A DNA stretch of 64,000 nucleotides. Source: a virus (taxonomy: Duplodnaviria; Caudoviricetes). The stretch is from the IMG/VR virus record IMGVR_UViG_3300010167_000013; one strand, written 5' to 3'. Shown here piece by piece: positions 54,403-63,579 of this stretch. A program made the position numbers and the translations under genes. Positions within the stretch are counted from its first letter, which is position 1, and each line of letters opens with the position of its first letter. The notes beneath the pieces are model-generated. The model saw only the letters and a program-made list of their open reading frames with translations, made no database searches and was not told where the DNA came from.

Positions 54403-54993
54403 TTAATATTCTGGAAACCTCTCCATATATAGCAATTCTACTTCACATCGAGGTTTAGCTGAATAAAATAATTCCTGCGTCGATTTTATTACTAAACAGT
54501 CATCCTTTAGCATACCATGTTGAATAGCATCAGATACCCCCTTGGCATAGTTGTCGAAATCACCCGTTCTTTTCCATGGAAGTATCAGACCTAGTTCTGC
54601 TAGCACCTTATTCTTTATGCTGAACGAAGAAGGTGTCTTCTCGTATACTTTCATATTCAATATACATGGAGTATCGATGAACGGGAGATTGTTTTCCTTG
54701 GCAAATTCCTGAAACCAATTAGCTTCCTCTTTTGCTCTTGGGACATACATATGAATATATCCCTTGGTACTATTTGCTCTTGGTCTAGCAGATGCTTTCA
54801 CTATCTTCCACATAGTAAATGTAATCTTCTTGTATTTTATCTTCTTGATCTTCTTGGCCTCTTCAGCTATCTTGTTGTTGAATTTGTCATTGGTAGCGTT
54901 CTTCCCAAGTATGTAAGCAATCCTCCCCAACTGATCATTGGGAATGTTACCAAATTCTTGCTCATATAATTTATCTTCTCTTCGCATAGTCAT
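54403..54993 (-). CDS. RusA-like Holliday junction resolvase
   Basis: ARPR...MYVP...GDFDNYAKGVSDAI...KDDCLV...YSAKPRCEV. Start moved to 54993 (RBS GGAG) to avoid overlap with the chaperonin gene. Confidence 0.8.
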   Translation of the reverse strand: MTMRREDKLYEQEFGNIPNDQLGRIAYILGKNATNDKFNNKIAEEAKKIKKIKYKKITFTMWKIVKASARPRANSTKGYIHMYVPRAKEEANWFQEFAKENNLPFIDTPCILNMKVYEKTPSSFSIKNKVLAELGLILPWKRTGDFDNYAKGVSDAIQHGMLKDDCLVIKSTQELFYSAKPRCEVELLYMERFPEY

Positions 54994-55063
54994 CAACTCC
55001 TTATTATAATATTGAAGCTCATCAAACGTTATTATATAATTAGAATAGAAGGGATTTGATAAC

Positions 55064-56962
55064 ATGTCAGAGAAGAAACATTTTCTGGAGTACTCCAACA
55101 GAACCAATAGCAATATTATTCCCAAGGATAGTTTCGATGATTTGGTCCAGGAGGTATTCGGAATAATATCAACAAATATCGCAAAGTCACTAGGTCCTCT
55201 TGGATCTTCAACTGTGATATTAGACGGCATGTTGACTAGTACTACCAAGGATGGTCATGCCATATTCAAAAGTTTTAGATTCCATAACCGATACAAGAAT
55301 ATGATATATAATTTGATAAAAGCCCCCTGTACACGCCTCAACAATACCGTGGGTGATGGTACCACAACTGCCATTGTACTAACGAACTACCTATTCCAGT
55401 ACTACCAGAAAATGAAATATGGGTTAGATTGTTACTACAGGCTTCCAAGAACATTTGTACAAACCTGGGATCATCTGATAGAAGAAATAGTAGAAAAGAT
55501 CAAAGGATATGCTACCCCATTGAACCCAGATGATTATGATCTTATTTACAGCCTGTCATATATCGCATCAAACGGTAATAGCGAGATCTGCAAAAATATT
55601 GCCGATACGTACAAAGATGCTAAGTCCCCTGTGATCAAATTGAAAAACTCTCCAACTAACAAGAGCTACATTACTCCGATCATAGGATTTGAGTTCCCTG
55701 CCAATCTCATTGATCAAGCCTATGTTAGAAACGAAGACCTCAGTACTGAAGAGAAGGATATCTGCGTGATGATATTCGACTACAAGATTGAAGCAGATAT
55801 ATGTTTGGATTTCATTATTCCTATGAACGAAGTACTGAAGGCTCAAGGAAAGAAACTTCTGGTATTAGCTCCATACTATGATGCTCATTTGTCAAATACT
55901 ACACTGAAGAGTTACATGAATCAAGAATATCAGAAGTATAAAAGCCTCAATCTCATACTTGCACAATATGCTATTGGGAAGCTGGATGATTATCAACTCC
56001 TAGATCTTTCTACCGTACTGAGGGCTATTGTCATCAACCAGGATATAGGACGAGAATTATTAGATGGATCTGGTAAGAATAAATTTTCTGGAATGACCGA
56101 TGGAGAAAAATATGAATTCGTTGAGGAAATCAAGGATACATCTCATCGGTATCATGGGCTAATTGGTACAGCAGCAACTGCTCTATTGTCATGCACAAAT
56201 GGATCTATCTTCAGGGTAAACGATATTGAGACTGATGAAAGATACATGGATATGTTGAGATCTGCTGAAAAAGAACTTCAGTCGATAATCGGACGTACTG
56301 ACAATGAGAAACAAGGATATGCATTTGAGATATCTAAAGCTCAGGCTAGGATATCACAGCTGAAGATGGAAAACTATCTATACTATATCGGATCGGATTC
56401 TGCTCTTCAGACTAATATCATATGGGACTCGGTGGAAGATGTAGTAAAATGTATTCGTTCGGCTATAAAATCAGGAACTGTTCCAGGATGCCAGTTATCA
56501 ATAGTGAGAGCCTGCATGGAACTGACAAAGGAAATCGGATCTGATATCACAGACATGAAAGAACTTACTGATTCGCAGAAGTTAGAGATAGGTATACTAC
56601 AGATGATACAAGATGCTGTCATCAATGTGTACAGATCGGTACTTCATGGTCCAGAAGGAAGAGGAATGATCAAGCTCGTTCCGATGTGGCAACATATCAG
56701 AGAAGAAGGAGCAGATGATCTAATCAAGGAAGCAAATAGCAAATGTGATAGTATCATTGAAGAATCCGTGATACGGAATGAAGTATTTGATCTGGAGACA
56801 CTAAAACACAATCCGAAGATAATAACATCAGCTGAGACAGATACCATGATATTGATCGCCTGCAGTGAACTGATAAAACTGTTGATATCAGGAAATCAAT
56901 GTGTATTCTTGGATGCTGAGATCAACAATGCACATGATGAAGAAGCAGAAGCATACGTATAA
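55064..56962 (+). CDS. GroEL-like phage chaperonin
   Basis: SLGPLG, TKDG, VGDGTTTA, ASNG, G.VPG. Late-type motif AACG-N6-TA at 55025-55036. Confidence 0.88.
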   Translation: MSEKKHFLEYSNRTNSNIIPKDSFDDLVQEVFGIISTNIAKSLGPLGSSTVILDGMLTSTTKDGHAIFKSFRFHNRYKNMIYNLIKAPCTRLNNTVGDGTTTAIVLTNYLFQYYQKMKYGLDCYYRLPRTFVQTWDHLIEEIVEKIKGYATPLNPDDYDLIYSLSYIASNGNSEICKNIADTYKDAKSPVIKLKNSPTNKSYITPIIGFEFPANLIDQAYVRNEDLSTEEKDICVMIFDYKIEADICLDFIIPMNEVLKAQGKKLLVLAPYYDAHLSNTTLKSYMNQEYQKYKSLNLILAQYAIGKLDDYQLLDLSTVLRAIVINQDIGRELLDGSGKNKFSGMTDGEKYEFVEEIKDTSHRYHGLIGTAATALLSCTNGSIFRVNDIETDERYMDMLRSAEKELQSIIGRTDNEKQGYAFEISKAQARISQLKMENYLYYIGSDSALQTNIIWDSVEDVVKCIRSAIKSGTVPGCQLSIVRACMELTKEIGSDITDMKELTDSQKLEIGILQMIQDAVINVYRSVLHGPEGRGMIKLVPMWQHIREEGADDLIKEANSKCDSIIEESVIRNEVFDLETLKHNPKIITSAETDTMILIACSELIKLLISGNQCVFLDAEINNAHDEEAEAYV

Positions 56963-56966
56963 AAAG

Positions 56967-56997
56967 AAGTACAGGGGGATTAAATCCCCCTGTACTT
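56967..56997. terminator. Bidirectional terminator
   Basis: AAGTACAGGGGGATT-A-AATCCCCCTGTACTT. Confidence 0.7.
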
Positions 56998-57003
56998 TAA
57001 TTA

Positions 57004-57483
57004 TTACGGTTCGGGATCTTCCTCTTCGTCGTCTCCGTCATCCTCGGTGCCAAATACTTCTTCAAGGATGCCGAGAATATCGCCATTGGTGATTGGTTCA
57101 AGTTCATCCTTGGACCAATAGTTATCAAGGTCTATTTCGCTGGTACCAAGGTTGATCCACGATTCTCCAACATATACCCATTGAACATAGACATTGGATT
57201 CTCCATCTTCAGGGTCAGCCTTAATCAAATAAATGATACCGGGTTCGCCTTCACCAGGAAGATCTTCTACTACCTCGAAATCAACGCCACTGATCTTGGA
57301 GAGAGACTCTTGAAGCAAGTCATAGACAGCTTGTGCAGAAGGGATTTCGTCGTTCGTACTCTCTTCATCGATCAAAGTAACCATGCGAGAGTTGATCTTG
57401 AGATCCATCTTGCCAACGAGTTGAGCTGCTAAGAACTTTAAGCCATCAGCATCCAGAAAGTATCTTGTACTCGCCATTCTCAT
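57004..57483 (-). CDS. Virion appendage/fibre-associated protein
   Basis: YFLDADGL, FEVVEDLP..GEPGIIYLI...YVQWVYV...W..LG...IDL.NY, PITNGDI motifs. Confidence 0.55.
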   Translation of the reverse strand: MRMASTRYFLDADGLKFLAAQLVGKMDLKINSRMVTLIDEESTNDEIPSAQAVYDLLQESLSKISGVDFEVVEDLPGEGEPGIIYLIKADPEDGESNVYVQWVYVGESWINLGTSEIDLDNYWSKDELEPITNGDILGILEEVFGTEDDGDDEEEDPEP

Positions 57484-57520
57484 TCATTCCTTTCTTATTT
57501 TATTTTTTATACTTTTGTAC

Positions 57521-58006
57521 TCAGTCAGCAAGTACTTCGAGTATAAATTCCTCAGAGATTGGTTGAATGTCTAGTGATTCAAGTCCCTCAACTATTAATT
57601 TGAAATCATCCATGAGTTTCTCTAGAGCTGTTACTCTAATGGCTAATTGAGACAACGCTGTGCTGTCTTCTAGAGCTTTGATGCGATTCGAGAGAGCGGT
57701 TATGTCTCCAGTGATATTGTAGATGTTCGTGGTATGTTGAGATGTAAGAGTATTTAGGGTTGATACATTAGTAGCTAGAGTTGTCAAGTTAGGAAACCCA
57801 GCCAAGGTTGTTTCTATGGTACTAATCTTCAACGATAGTGAACTAAGTATAGCTTGAAGTTCTGGATTACCTAGATCAATTTCTCCCAGTTCCCCATCTA
57901 ATTTACCAAGCCATTCGATTATTCTTCTAGTCTGTCCTCCATCGAAGAACATCTTGTAGACAGGTCTGGTTGGTAATCTTGTCTTACTTGGTGCCATTTC
58001 AACCAT
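57521..58006 (-). CDS. Coiled-coil protein
   Basis: Heptad repeats; C-terminal PISEEFILEVL. Confidence 0.6.
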   Translation of the reverse strand: MVEMAPSKTRLPTRPVYKMFFDGGQTRRIIEWLGKLDGELGEIDLGNPELQAILSSLSLKISTIETTLAGFPNLTTLATNVSTLNTLTSQHTTNIYNITGDITALSNRIKALEDSTALSQLAIRVTALEKLMDDFKLIVEGLESLDIQPISEEFILEVLAD

Positions 58007-58014
58007 TCCCTTCT

Positions 58015-58380
58015 CTACGGTTTACCCTTACCAGATTTCATTTTGATCCCTAACTCCTTGAGAAGATCTTTGATCTGTTCTATTGACAGTGAGCTTATGT
58101 CATCGCATCCACAGCCTCCGAGCATCTCTTGTAGTGCTTCCAACTGTTCTGCAAATCCTTTCAGCAGTGCTTCTAGTTCAGGATTATTAAGATCAAGATC
58201 GCCGATATTACCAGACATCCCCTTGAGGATTTCTAATATCTTTAGACGGATTAGTTGATCGTAGTATAGTTGGAATGAGGACTTCCCAGATGACGATGTA
58301 CCGAGACCAGCCATGATCGGATCTTCAGAAAACCCACCTGGCCTAGGTGGTAAGTTGGGACCGTAAATAGCAACTCCCAT
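58015..58380 (-). CDS. Hypothetical protein, paralogous to 57521-58006
   Basis: GNIGDLDLNNPELEALL versus GELGEIDLGNPELQAIL. Confidence 0.6.
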   Translation of the reverse strand: MGVAIYGPNLPPRPGGFSEDPIMAGLGTSSSGKSSFQLYYDQLIRLKILEILKGMSGNIGDLDLNNPELEALLKGFAEQLEALQEMLGGCGCDDISSLSIEQIKDLLKELGIKMKSGKGKP

Positions 58381-58398
58381 GGTTTAACCTCCTTCTAT

Positions 58399-59829
58399 TT
58401 ATATAATTCCTATGTCAGATAATATATCGAGAATTTGACCTTCGGATAGAGGATTGATGTCATCACACCCACAACCACAGGAATTAGTTTCATCTTCCTC
58501 CTCATCCCCACAATCACAGTTCGGATAGTCCTCACAGCAAGGCTCGTCTTCAGGTGGGTCGTCTGGATCATCTGGATCTTCCTTGTGTTTCCCCTTCCCT
58601 CTGAGAGCTTTCATAGATTCTATCAGCTTCATTACCTTGTCATATGGAATCTTCTGGGAATCCTTTTTATCCAAAAGCAAACGAATGAGAGTATCGATAT
58701 CGATGTTCACAGAATGTTTGTGCCTTGGTTTGTAGGTATGATCAAGGAACTGTGCCCCAAGGGCTTGAGCTACACGTTGGGTATTGTTGACAGCAGTTAC
58801 ATCATTCTTCCAAATTGATATTTTGAATACTATTCTATGACCTGGATTGATCATGAACATTCTATTCACATGAGCCGTTCCACACGGAATTAGATATATC
58901 CGATTCTTCGGATCATTGAGTTCTTGATGATGGAGAATGATATCCTTGGCTTGATTATCAAATCGATAGAATCTGTTGAACATTATCCAACTAGGAGGAT
59001 GCATGAAATTGGCTTTATCACTACCATAAAAATCATCACAATTACATACCCCAGGAATACCAATAGCATGTTTATTCTGGTATTTCTGATGATGGTAGTA
59101 GGGATGAATATCATCATCAAAGTCATCTATGTCGGATAACCACATGGCTGAATTACCGGCTGACTGTCTAGGACCTTCCCTTCTCATACACTCATAGAAC
59201 ATTTGAATAGAAGTTATTCTGATGAGCATCCTATCCGTTCCATGTGTAAATTGATTCACACTAGAAACAATGGAATCCATGAAATTCACAATGATTGCAT
59301 TATCATTGATATCTCTTGGGTTGATGTCGACGAAATAGTTTCTATCTCGTATTCTCAGGTCTTCGCTGGTGGAACGTATGACGTGTTTAGTCCTCTGATT
59401 CTCCAGTCGATAGTTCACTCTAACTATGATGCCACGCCTGATCACATCAAGTCGATGGTTCAACCTGTCGGAATGCCGTGTTATCATCTTCAGCAGTCCA
59501 ATATTCTTCGTGTTATTCCCAACTATATTCGGTAGTCCATCAGATGCTCTTTTGCCGATATCATCTATGCTAATATCGACTATTGCTCTCATGGACTCTT
59601 TTTCATCAACAAACAGATGACTTTTAATCAGAGAGCGATCTATTTGATGGAACTGCCTCCTATCCAAGTACTCTCCTAGTAAATACGGAAACCGATTCAG
59701 ATCTAGAAAAGCATTGGTGTAACCAGGAGATTTATCAGGGATATGATGGTGATGATGGTCTTTCTTGAATACCTGGATATCTTCATCTACCCTGATGGGT
59801 GGACGTTTTCTACCATGTGTTCTGCGCAT
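58399..59829 (-). CDS. Hypothetical protein with a Cys/acidic C-terminus
   Basis: Ends PCCEDYPNCDCG...SCGCGCDDINPLSEGQILDIL. Confidence 0.65.
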   Translation of the reverse strand: MRRTHGRKRPPIRVDEDIQVFKKDHHHHHIPDKSPGYTNAFLDLNRFPYLLGEYLDRRQFHQIDRSLIKSHLFVDEKESMRAIVDISIDDIGKRASDGLPNIVGNNTKNIGLLKMITRHSDRLNHRLDVIRRGIIVRVNYRLENQRTKHVIRSTSEDLRIRDRNYFVDINPRDINDNAIIVNFMDSIVSSVNQFTHGTDRMLIRITSIQMFYECMRREGPRQSAGNSAMWLSDIDDFDDDIHPYYHHQKYQNKHAIGIPGVCNCDDFYGSDKANFMHPPSWIMFNRFYRFDNQAKDIILHHQELNDPKNRIYLIPCGTAHVNRMFMINPGHRIVFKISIWKNDVTAVNNTQRVAQALGAQFLDHTYKPRHKHSVNIDIDTLIRLLLDKKDSQKIPYDKVMKLIESMKALRGKGKHKEDPDDPDDPPEDEPCCEDYPNCDCGDEEEDETNSCGCGCDDINPLSEGQILDILSDIGII

Positions 59830-59869
59830 CTTAAAACTCCTTTCATGAACTTAGTTTGCTTCTAACACT

Positions 59870-59881
59870 TACATAGCTGTT
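59870..59881 (-). promoter_or_regulatory. Putative late promoter AACA-N6-TA
   Basis: AACA-GCTATG-TA, about 40 nt upstream of the ATG at 59829. Confidence 0.5.
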
Positions 59882-59885
59882 CCAG

Positions 59886-61112
59886 CTAGTTCATCCTCAG
59901 AATCTTTCGTATGATATAGATCACCAATGGGGTGTACAAGAATACATCAATATTCCGATATGATGAAATCAAAGAATCGGCTGTGTACAGTGAGACATCA
60001 TTAATCGACAATGAGTGTCCATTGTTGATGAACTTCCATATTAGTTTTTCGAACTCAGATGTTGGTAGTAATCCACCATCCTCAAATGCTCTGAATTGAG
60101 TATCGTCGAAATACGATAGCTCTCTATTGTTCATTCCGACCTGATTCAATGCCAGCGGTTGGATTATCTGGATATCCCCATCCGACCACCTGTAGAATGA
60201 CGAGTCGGGATAATCTTCAGAGTACATCATGGAGAAATGGAATTTCTGTAACATTCGTTTTGGTGCTCCAAGTTCAATCCAATTATACACAGAATTGTTG
60301 TAGTATAGCTCTTTCCTACTGTCTCTAATTTTATCATGTAGAATAATTACATTGGAAGTATTTTCTGAGTTCATGATGCTATGTTTGGCCATAAACTCAT
60401 TACCACAGAGATCGAACCATCTAGCCCCATGATCCTGGTTGTGAAATAAAAAACAATTATGTCTATCATTGTAAAACATTGAACGGTATGACCGGATCAT
60501 CTGGTTCACCATCTGTTGAATCTGACTTCTACGAATGAAATCATCCGCTTGAATAATAGGATTGATGTTTGACCCTACAGAATCTAAATCGGTATGATAT
60601 GTTTCAACACTTTGTTTATCCAAGTTTTCAAGTATTTCAATTGATGTGCTGTGAAGACGGTATCGTATCTTGTAATACCCTTCAATCTTCATACTATCAT
60701 ATTGAACATCTACCACTTGAAATATCGCATTCATCTTCAAATGATTTAGTCTGAAAAAATCGTTTGGGTTCGGAACTATTGTGGATGGAAGTATCTGGCA
60801 TTCTCCCTCCACGTTGATATCTTCTATCCCCAACTCATCAGTATTCGTTGGGTTCGCTTGACCAAAACCGTACAATGGGAAGTTCTCAATCTTATTGAAC
60901 CGCAGTGGAGATTTGAATCCGAACAACTGTTCAATATCTCTGATGCCTCTATCTACTGTAGTTGCATTTTCCTTGATGTTGTAGTAAGTGGTAAGTATCG
61001 CACCAGCCTCAACGAATCTATTGGTCATACTTTTTAGGCGCGATTCAAAACGGAAAATGTTATTGGTGATCAATGACTCCTCATTAAAAATTAATCCACC
61101 CATTTGTTTCAC
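59886..61112 (-). CDS. Jumbo-phage virion structural protein (neck/head-completion-like)
   Basis: TYY.I...TT.D...G..SPLRFNKIENFPLYG...EGECQILPSTIVPNPNDFF pattern. GACC-N6-TA motif at 61130-61141. Confidence 0.5.
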   Translation of the reverse strand: MKQMGGLIFNEESLITNNIFRFESRLKSMTNRFVEAGAILTTYYNIKENATTVDRGIRDIEQLFGFKSPLRFNKIENFPLYGFGQANPTNTDELGIEDINVEGECQILPSTIVPNPNDFFRLNHLKMNAIFQVVDVQYDSMKIEGYYKIRYRLHSTSIEILENLDKQSVETYHTDLDSVGSNINPIIQADDFIRRSQIQQMVNQMIRSYRSMFYNDRHNCFLFHNQDHGARWFDLCGNEFMAKHSIMNSENTSNVIILHDKIRDSRKELYYNNSVYNWIELGAPKRMLQKFHFSMMYSEDYPDSSFYRWSDGDIQIIQPLALNQVGMNNRELSYFDDTQFRAFEDGGLLPTSEFEKLIWKFINNGHSLSINDVSLYTADSLISSYRNIDVFLYTPLVIYIIRKILRMN

Positions 61113-61154
61113 CTCTCTTGTTGGATAATTAAACTTTGGTCAAAGAAGTAGGAA

Positions 61155-61182
61155 TGTGAGGAGGGATTAATCCCTCCTCACA
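61155..61182. terminator. Perfect palindrome / terminator
   Basis: TGTGAGGAGGGATTAATCCCTCCTCACA. Confidence 0.65.
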
Positions 61183-61187
61183 CATTC

Positions 61188-62189
61188 TCATTCTGCTGTT
61201 GGAAGTTTACCTAGAAATCGATCTTCGAGTGTGAGAATATGATTTAGCATTTTCTCTCGTATCTCAGGTTTGAGGGTGTTCCTGACGAACCTATCCAGCC
61301 CTAATACCATGGCGACTGCCTTGATAGTATCAAAATCTTTTCTATCATAAGTGGTACTATACATTAGTAGGTTCATGAAATATAACAGGAGAATATTACT
61401 TTGGTGATGATACCTCTCGGGAAGAAACCGTTTTTCAAACTGAGATATCTCCAATATGAATTTCGTTGAGATATTTAATTGGGTTAACTTCTCTCGGCTC
61501 TTGTTTATCCAATACTCAATTTTCGATTGATCAGAGAAGGCCTGAATGATACGATTCGATGTTTTACTATCCATGGGATCTGATAGGAACTCAAGATGTT
61601 TTTGGTAGTAATACATCTCAAGGCCTTTCTCACCACTAGCTTTTTTGACAGGATCTTCTTCTTTGTCAACAGCCTCCTGTAGTATTCTTATTTTCTCATC
61701 TTCCTTGGTTTCCATCAGTTCCATGTATGCATCGTTTACTTGTCGATATTCTTTGAGGGAACTCATCCAATGAAAGAAATCCTGCACGATGGATTTAACT
61801 CTGTCAATCGTGACAGTATGTTGTACCCCTATTATCGGATGACCATCTCCAAATATTTCCAATACTTTTTCTTCAGGGATAGTGTCTAATCCATTGAATG
61901 GATCGTATTTTCCCGATGAGATGTCATCATCGGTAGTTCCTTCTGGAGGAGGAATTCTATTTTCTTCGTTGTACTGATGGAGAAGCTTCATATGTGAATC
62001 TGTTATTCCAAATTCTCGTTTGGAACTTTCCCACTGAGCTTCCAACATACTAACTATTTCTCGTATTTGTTTGATCAGTTGAGTGAGCTGAGCTTCTGTT
62101 GTATCATTCAATGGATCCTTCTCATCTAAGACCGGAGGACCTTCATCAGGTGGTCTTTCCGGAAATAGTTCAATAACTTTGTCGTTCAT
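61188..62189 (-). CDS. Hypothetical helical protein
   Basis: 333-aa ORF in the RNA polymerase operon. Confidence 0.65.
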   Translation of the reverse strand: MNDKVIELFPERPPDEGPPVLDEKDPLNDTTEAQLTQLIKQIREIVSMLEAQWESSKREFGITDSHMKLLHQYNEENRIPPPEGTTDDDISSGKYDPFNGLDTIPEEKVLEIFGDGHPIIGVQHTVTIDRVKSIVQDFFHWMSSLKEYRQVNDAYMELMETKEDEKIRILQEAVDKEEDPVKKASGEKGLEMYYYQKHLEFLSDPMDSKTSNRIIQAFSDQSKIEYWINKSREKLTQLNISTKFILEISQFEKRFLPERYHHQSNILLLYFMNLLMYSTTYDRKDFDTIKAVAMVLGLDRFVRNTLKPEIREKMLNHILTLEDRFLGKLPTAE

Positions 62190-62190
62190 A

Positions 62191-62670
62191 TTATATCTCC
62201 TCGTGTTCTTCTATGTCTTTTTCCCACATCTGTTTTATCAATGCTGCCGAGGTTTCTGCGATGTATTTCTCGTAATATTCTTGAGTAAAGAAAGTATCTT
62301 CAAATGAGAAGATATTCCCATTCAGTGATCGATGGGCAGTCTCAGCTACATCTCTAACCAGTGATTCCAGAATGGTTTTATTTATCTTGGTCATATCATG
62401 ATTGTCTTGAAATGTTCGATATTTCAGAATGGCTATCTGAGCAAGCATGTTCCGAATCATTTCAAGTATGCTATTCGAATACTCGGCTGTCCTATTTCTG
62501 TTTTCTTCCTCCAGTTCCTTGTATTCTATCTCCTTTGACAATCGAATCTGTTTGAGTTCAGTATACTTGAGCAGAGATCTAACCATGAAGATGGCAACTA
62601 TTATCATGGCAATGAGAACACCTGTCAGTATGATGTACATTAGCTCTTGGGTAGTTCCGATGATATCCAT
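62191..62670 (-). CDS. Membrane-anchored hypothetical protein
   Basis: N-terminal TM segment IILTGVLIAMIIVAIF. Confidence 0.65.
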   Translation of the reverse strand: MDIIGTTQELMYIILTGVLIAMIIVAIFMVRSLLKYTELKQIRLSKEIEYKELEEENRNRTAEYSNSILEMIRNMLAQIAILKYRTFQDNHDMTKINKTILESLVRDVAETAHRSLNGNIFSFEDTFFTQEYYEKYIAETSAALIKQMWEKDIEEHEEI

Positions 62671-62681
62671 ATTATCCTCCC

Positions 62682-63170
62682 TTAGTTACAAAATGATTCT
62701 AAATTATCGTTGAATAAATTAATGATATTGTCAGTGAGATATTTCTTTTTGAATGGTAAATTCTTCATGATGTACTCCCACACCTCATTCATATCATCAA
62801 TGGTATTCAAACGATCTTTCGAATACATCTTGTACAGTTTGGATAGTTTGGTCAAGTAATACATTTCATTCGGAGTACAGAAGATTACTCTATTGCGTAT
62901 GTTATATCCTACAGTATCGATATCATGTTCTGGTTCCCCAATAAATTCACTTTCATCAATGATTGTTTCCATTCTGACACCCAGTGACTTCAAATATACT
63001 TGCAGTATCTCCGCTGATCTAGAGGTGAATTTTTCTGGTAAATCATATTCGCCATCCTCAGATAGTATGGCCTCGTACATAAATCTTCTACCATCTATAG
63101 ATGATCTGTATAATGCTGTCACCAGGGCGAAATCGTTTGGATCTGTCACGATTAAAAAGTTCGGTGTTTC
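62682..63170 (-). CDS. Multisubunit RNA polymerase beta-type subunit, last exon
   Basis: After splicing it reads RFGEY|ETPNFL...RSSIDGRR...LQVYLKSLG, matching the RpoB C-terminal RFGEME...KSDD..GR...ELQSLG. Confidence 0.85.
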   Translation of the reverse strand, partial: ETPNFLIVTDPNDFALVTALYRSSIDGRRFMYEAILSEDGEYDLPEKFTSRSAEILQVYLKSLGVRMETIIDESEFIGEPEHDIDTVGYNIRNRVIFCTPNEMYYLTKLSKLYKMYSKDRLNTIDDMNEVWEYIMKNLPFKKKYLTDNIINLFNDNLESFCN

Positions 63171-63579
63171 CACTACCTTCACATGGTTCGCAAGTCCATG
63201 CAGTACATTTAAGTACTTCTTATGCTCTCGCATAACGACATCAGAATCTCACTGATGAAGTGGCATTATGCCAGTTGAGACTATATCTTTAACTACACGA
63301 TGTGTAGCAGAGCTAAGCTTTTCCATTTAAGGGATTCTCACCCGCCAGCATCAGCTTCTGGCCGTACTCCTGTTGGCATTTCAGCCCAAGGGATAGTCGT
63401 TGAACCTTCCACCTACGTTGTAGGTAGCTTGGCTGCGTATGATTATCTCTATCAACTACGTTTTTACAATACCCAGATCGTTATACCTGGTGCTACACCA
63501 TCTATCACTAGTGGCTGCTGTAGTAGTTGCCTAACGAGATGTTCCCGCAATTAACATAGTTTAACGAGTACAAAATTTC
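63171..63579 (-). mobile_element. Group I intron (409 nt, no ORF)
   Basis: P AATTGCGGGAA, Q AATCATACGCAGC, R GTTCAACGACTA, S AAGATATAGTC. P1 GAGTAU/GUACUC has a U-G pair at the 5' splice site, P10 is UUUU/GAAA, and the terminal G is at 63171. Removal restores the reading frame. Confidence 0.92.

Noticed and set aside
54994-55248. N-terminal extension of the RusA-like ORF given in the track
   Set aside because: It overlaps the chaperonin gene on the opposite strand, and a good RBS and ATG exist at 54993.
63171-63579. ORF starts and ends inside this interval (63233 start, 63508 stop, 63300-63554 ORF) as real coding sequence or a homing endonuclease
   Set aside because: The interval is group I intron core structure and has no LAGLIDADG, HNH or GIY-YIG motif.
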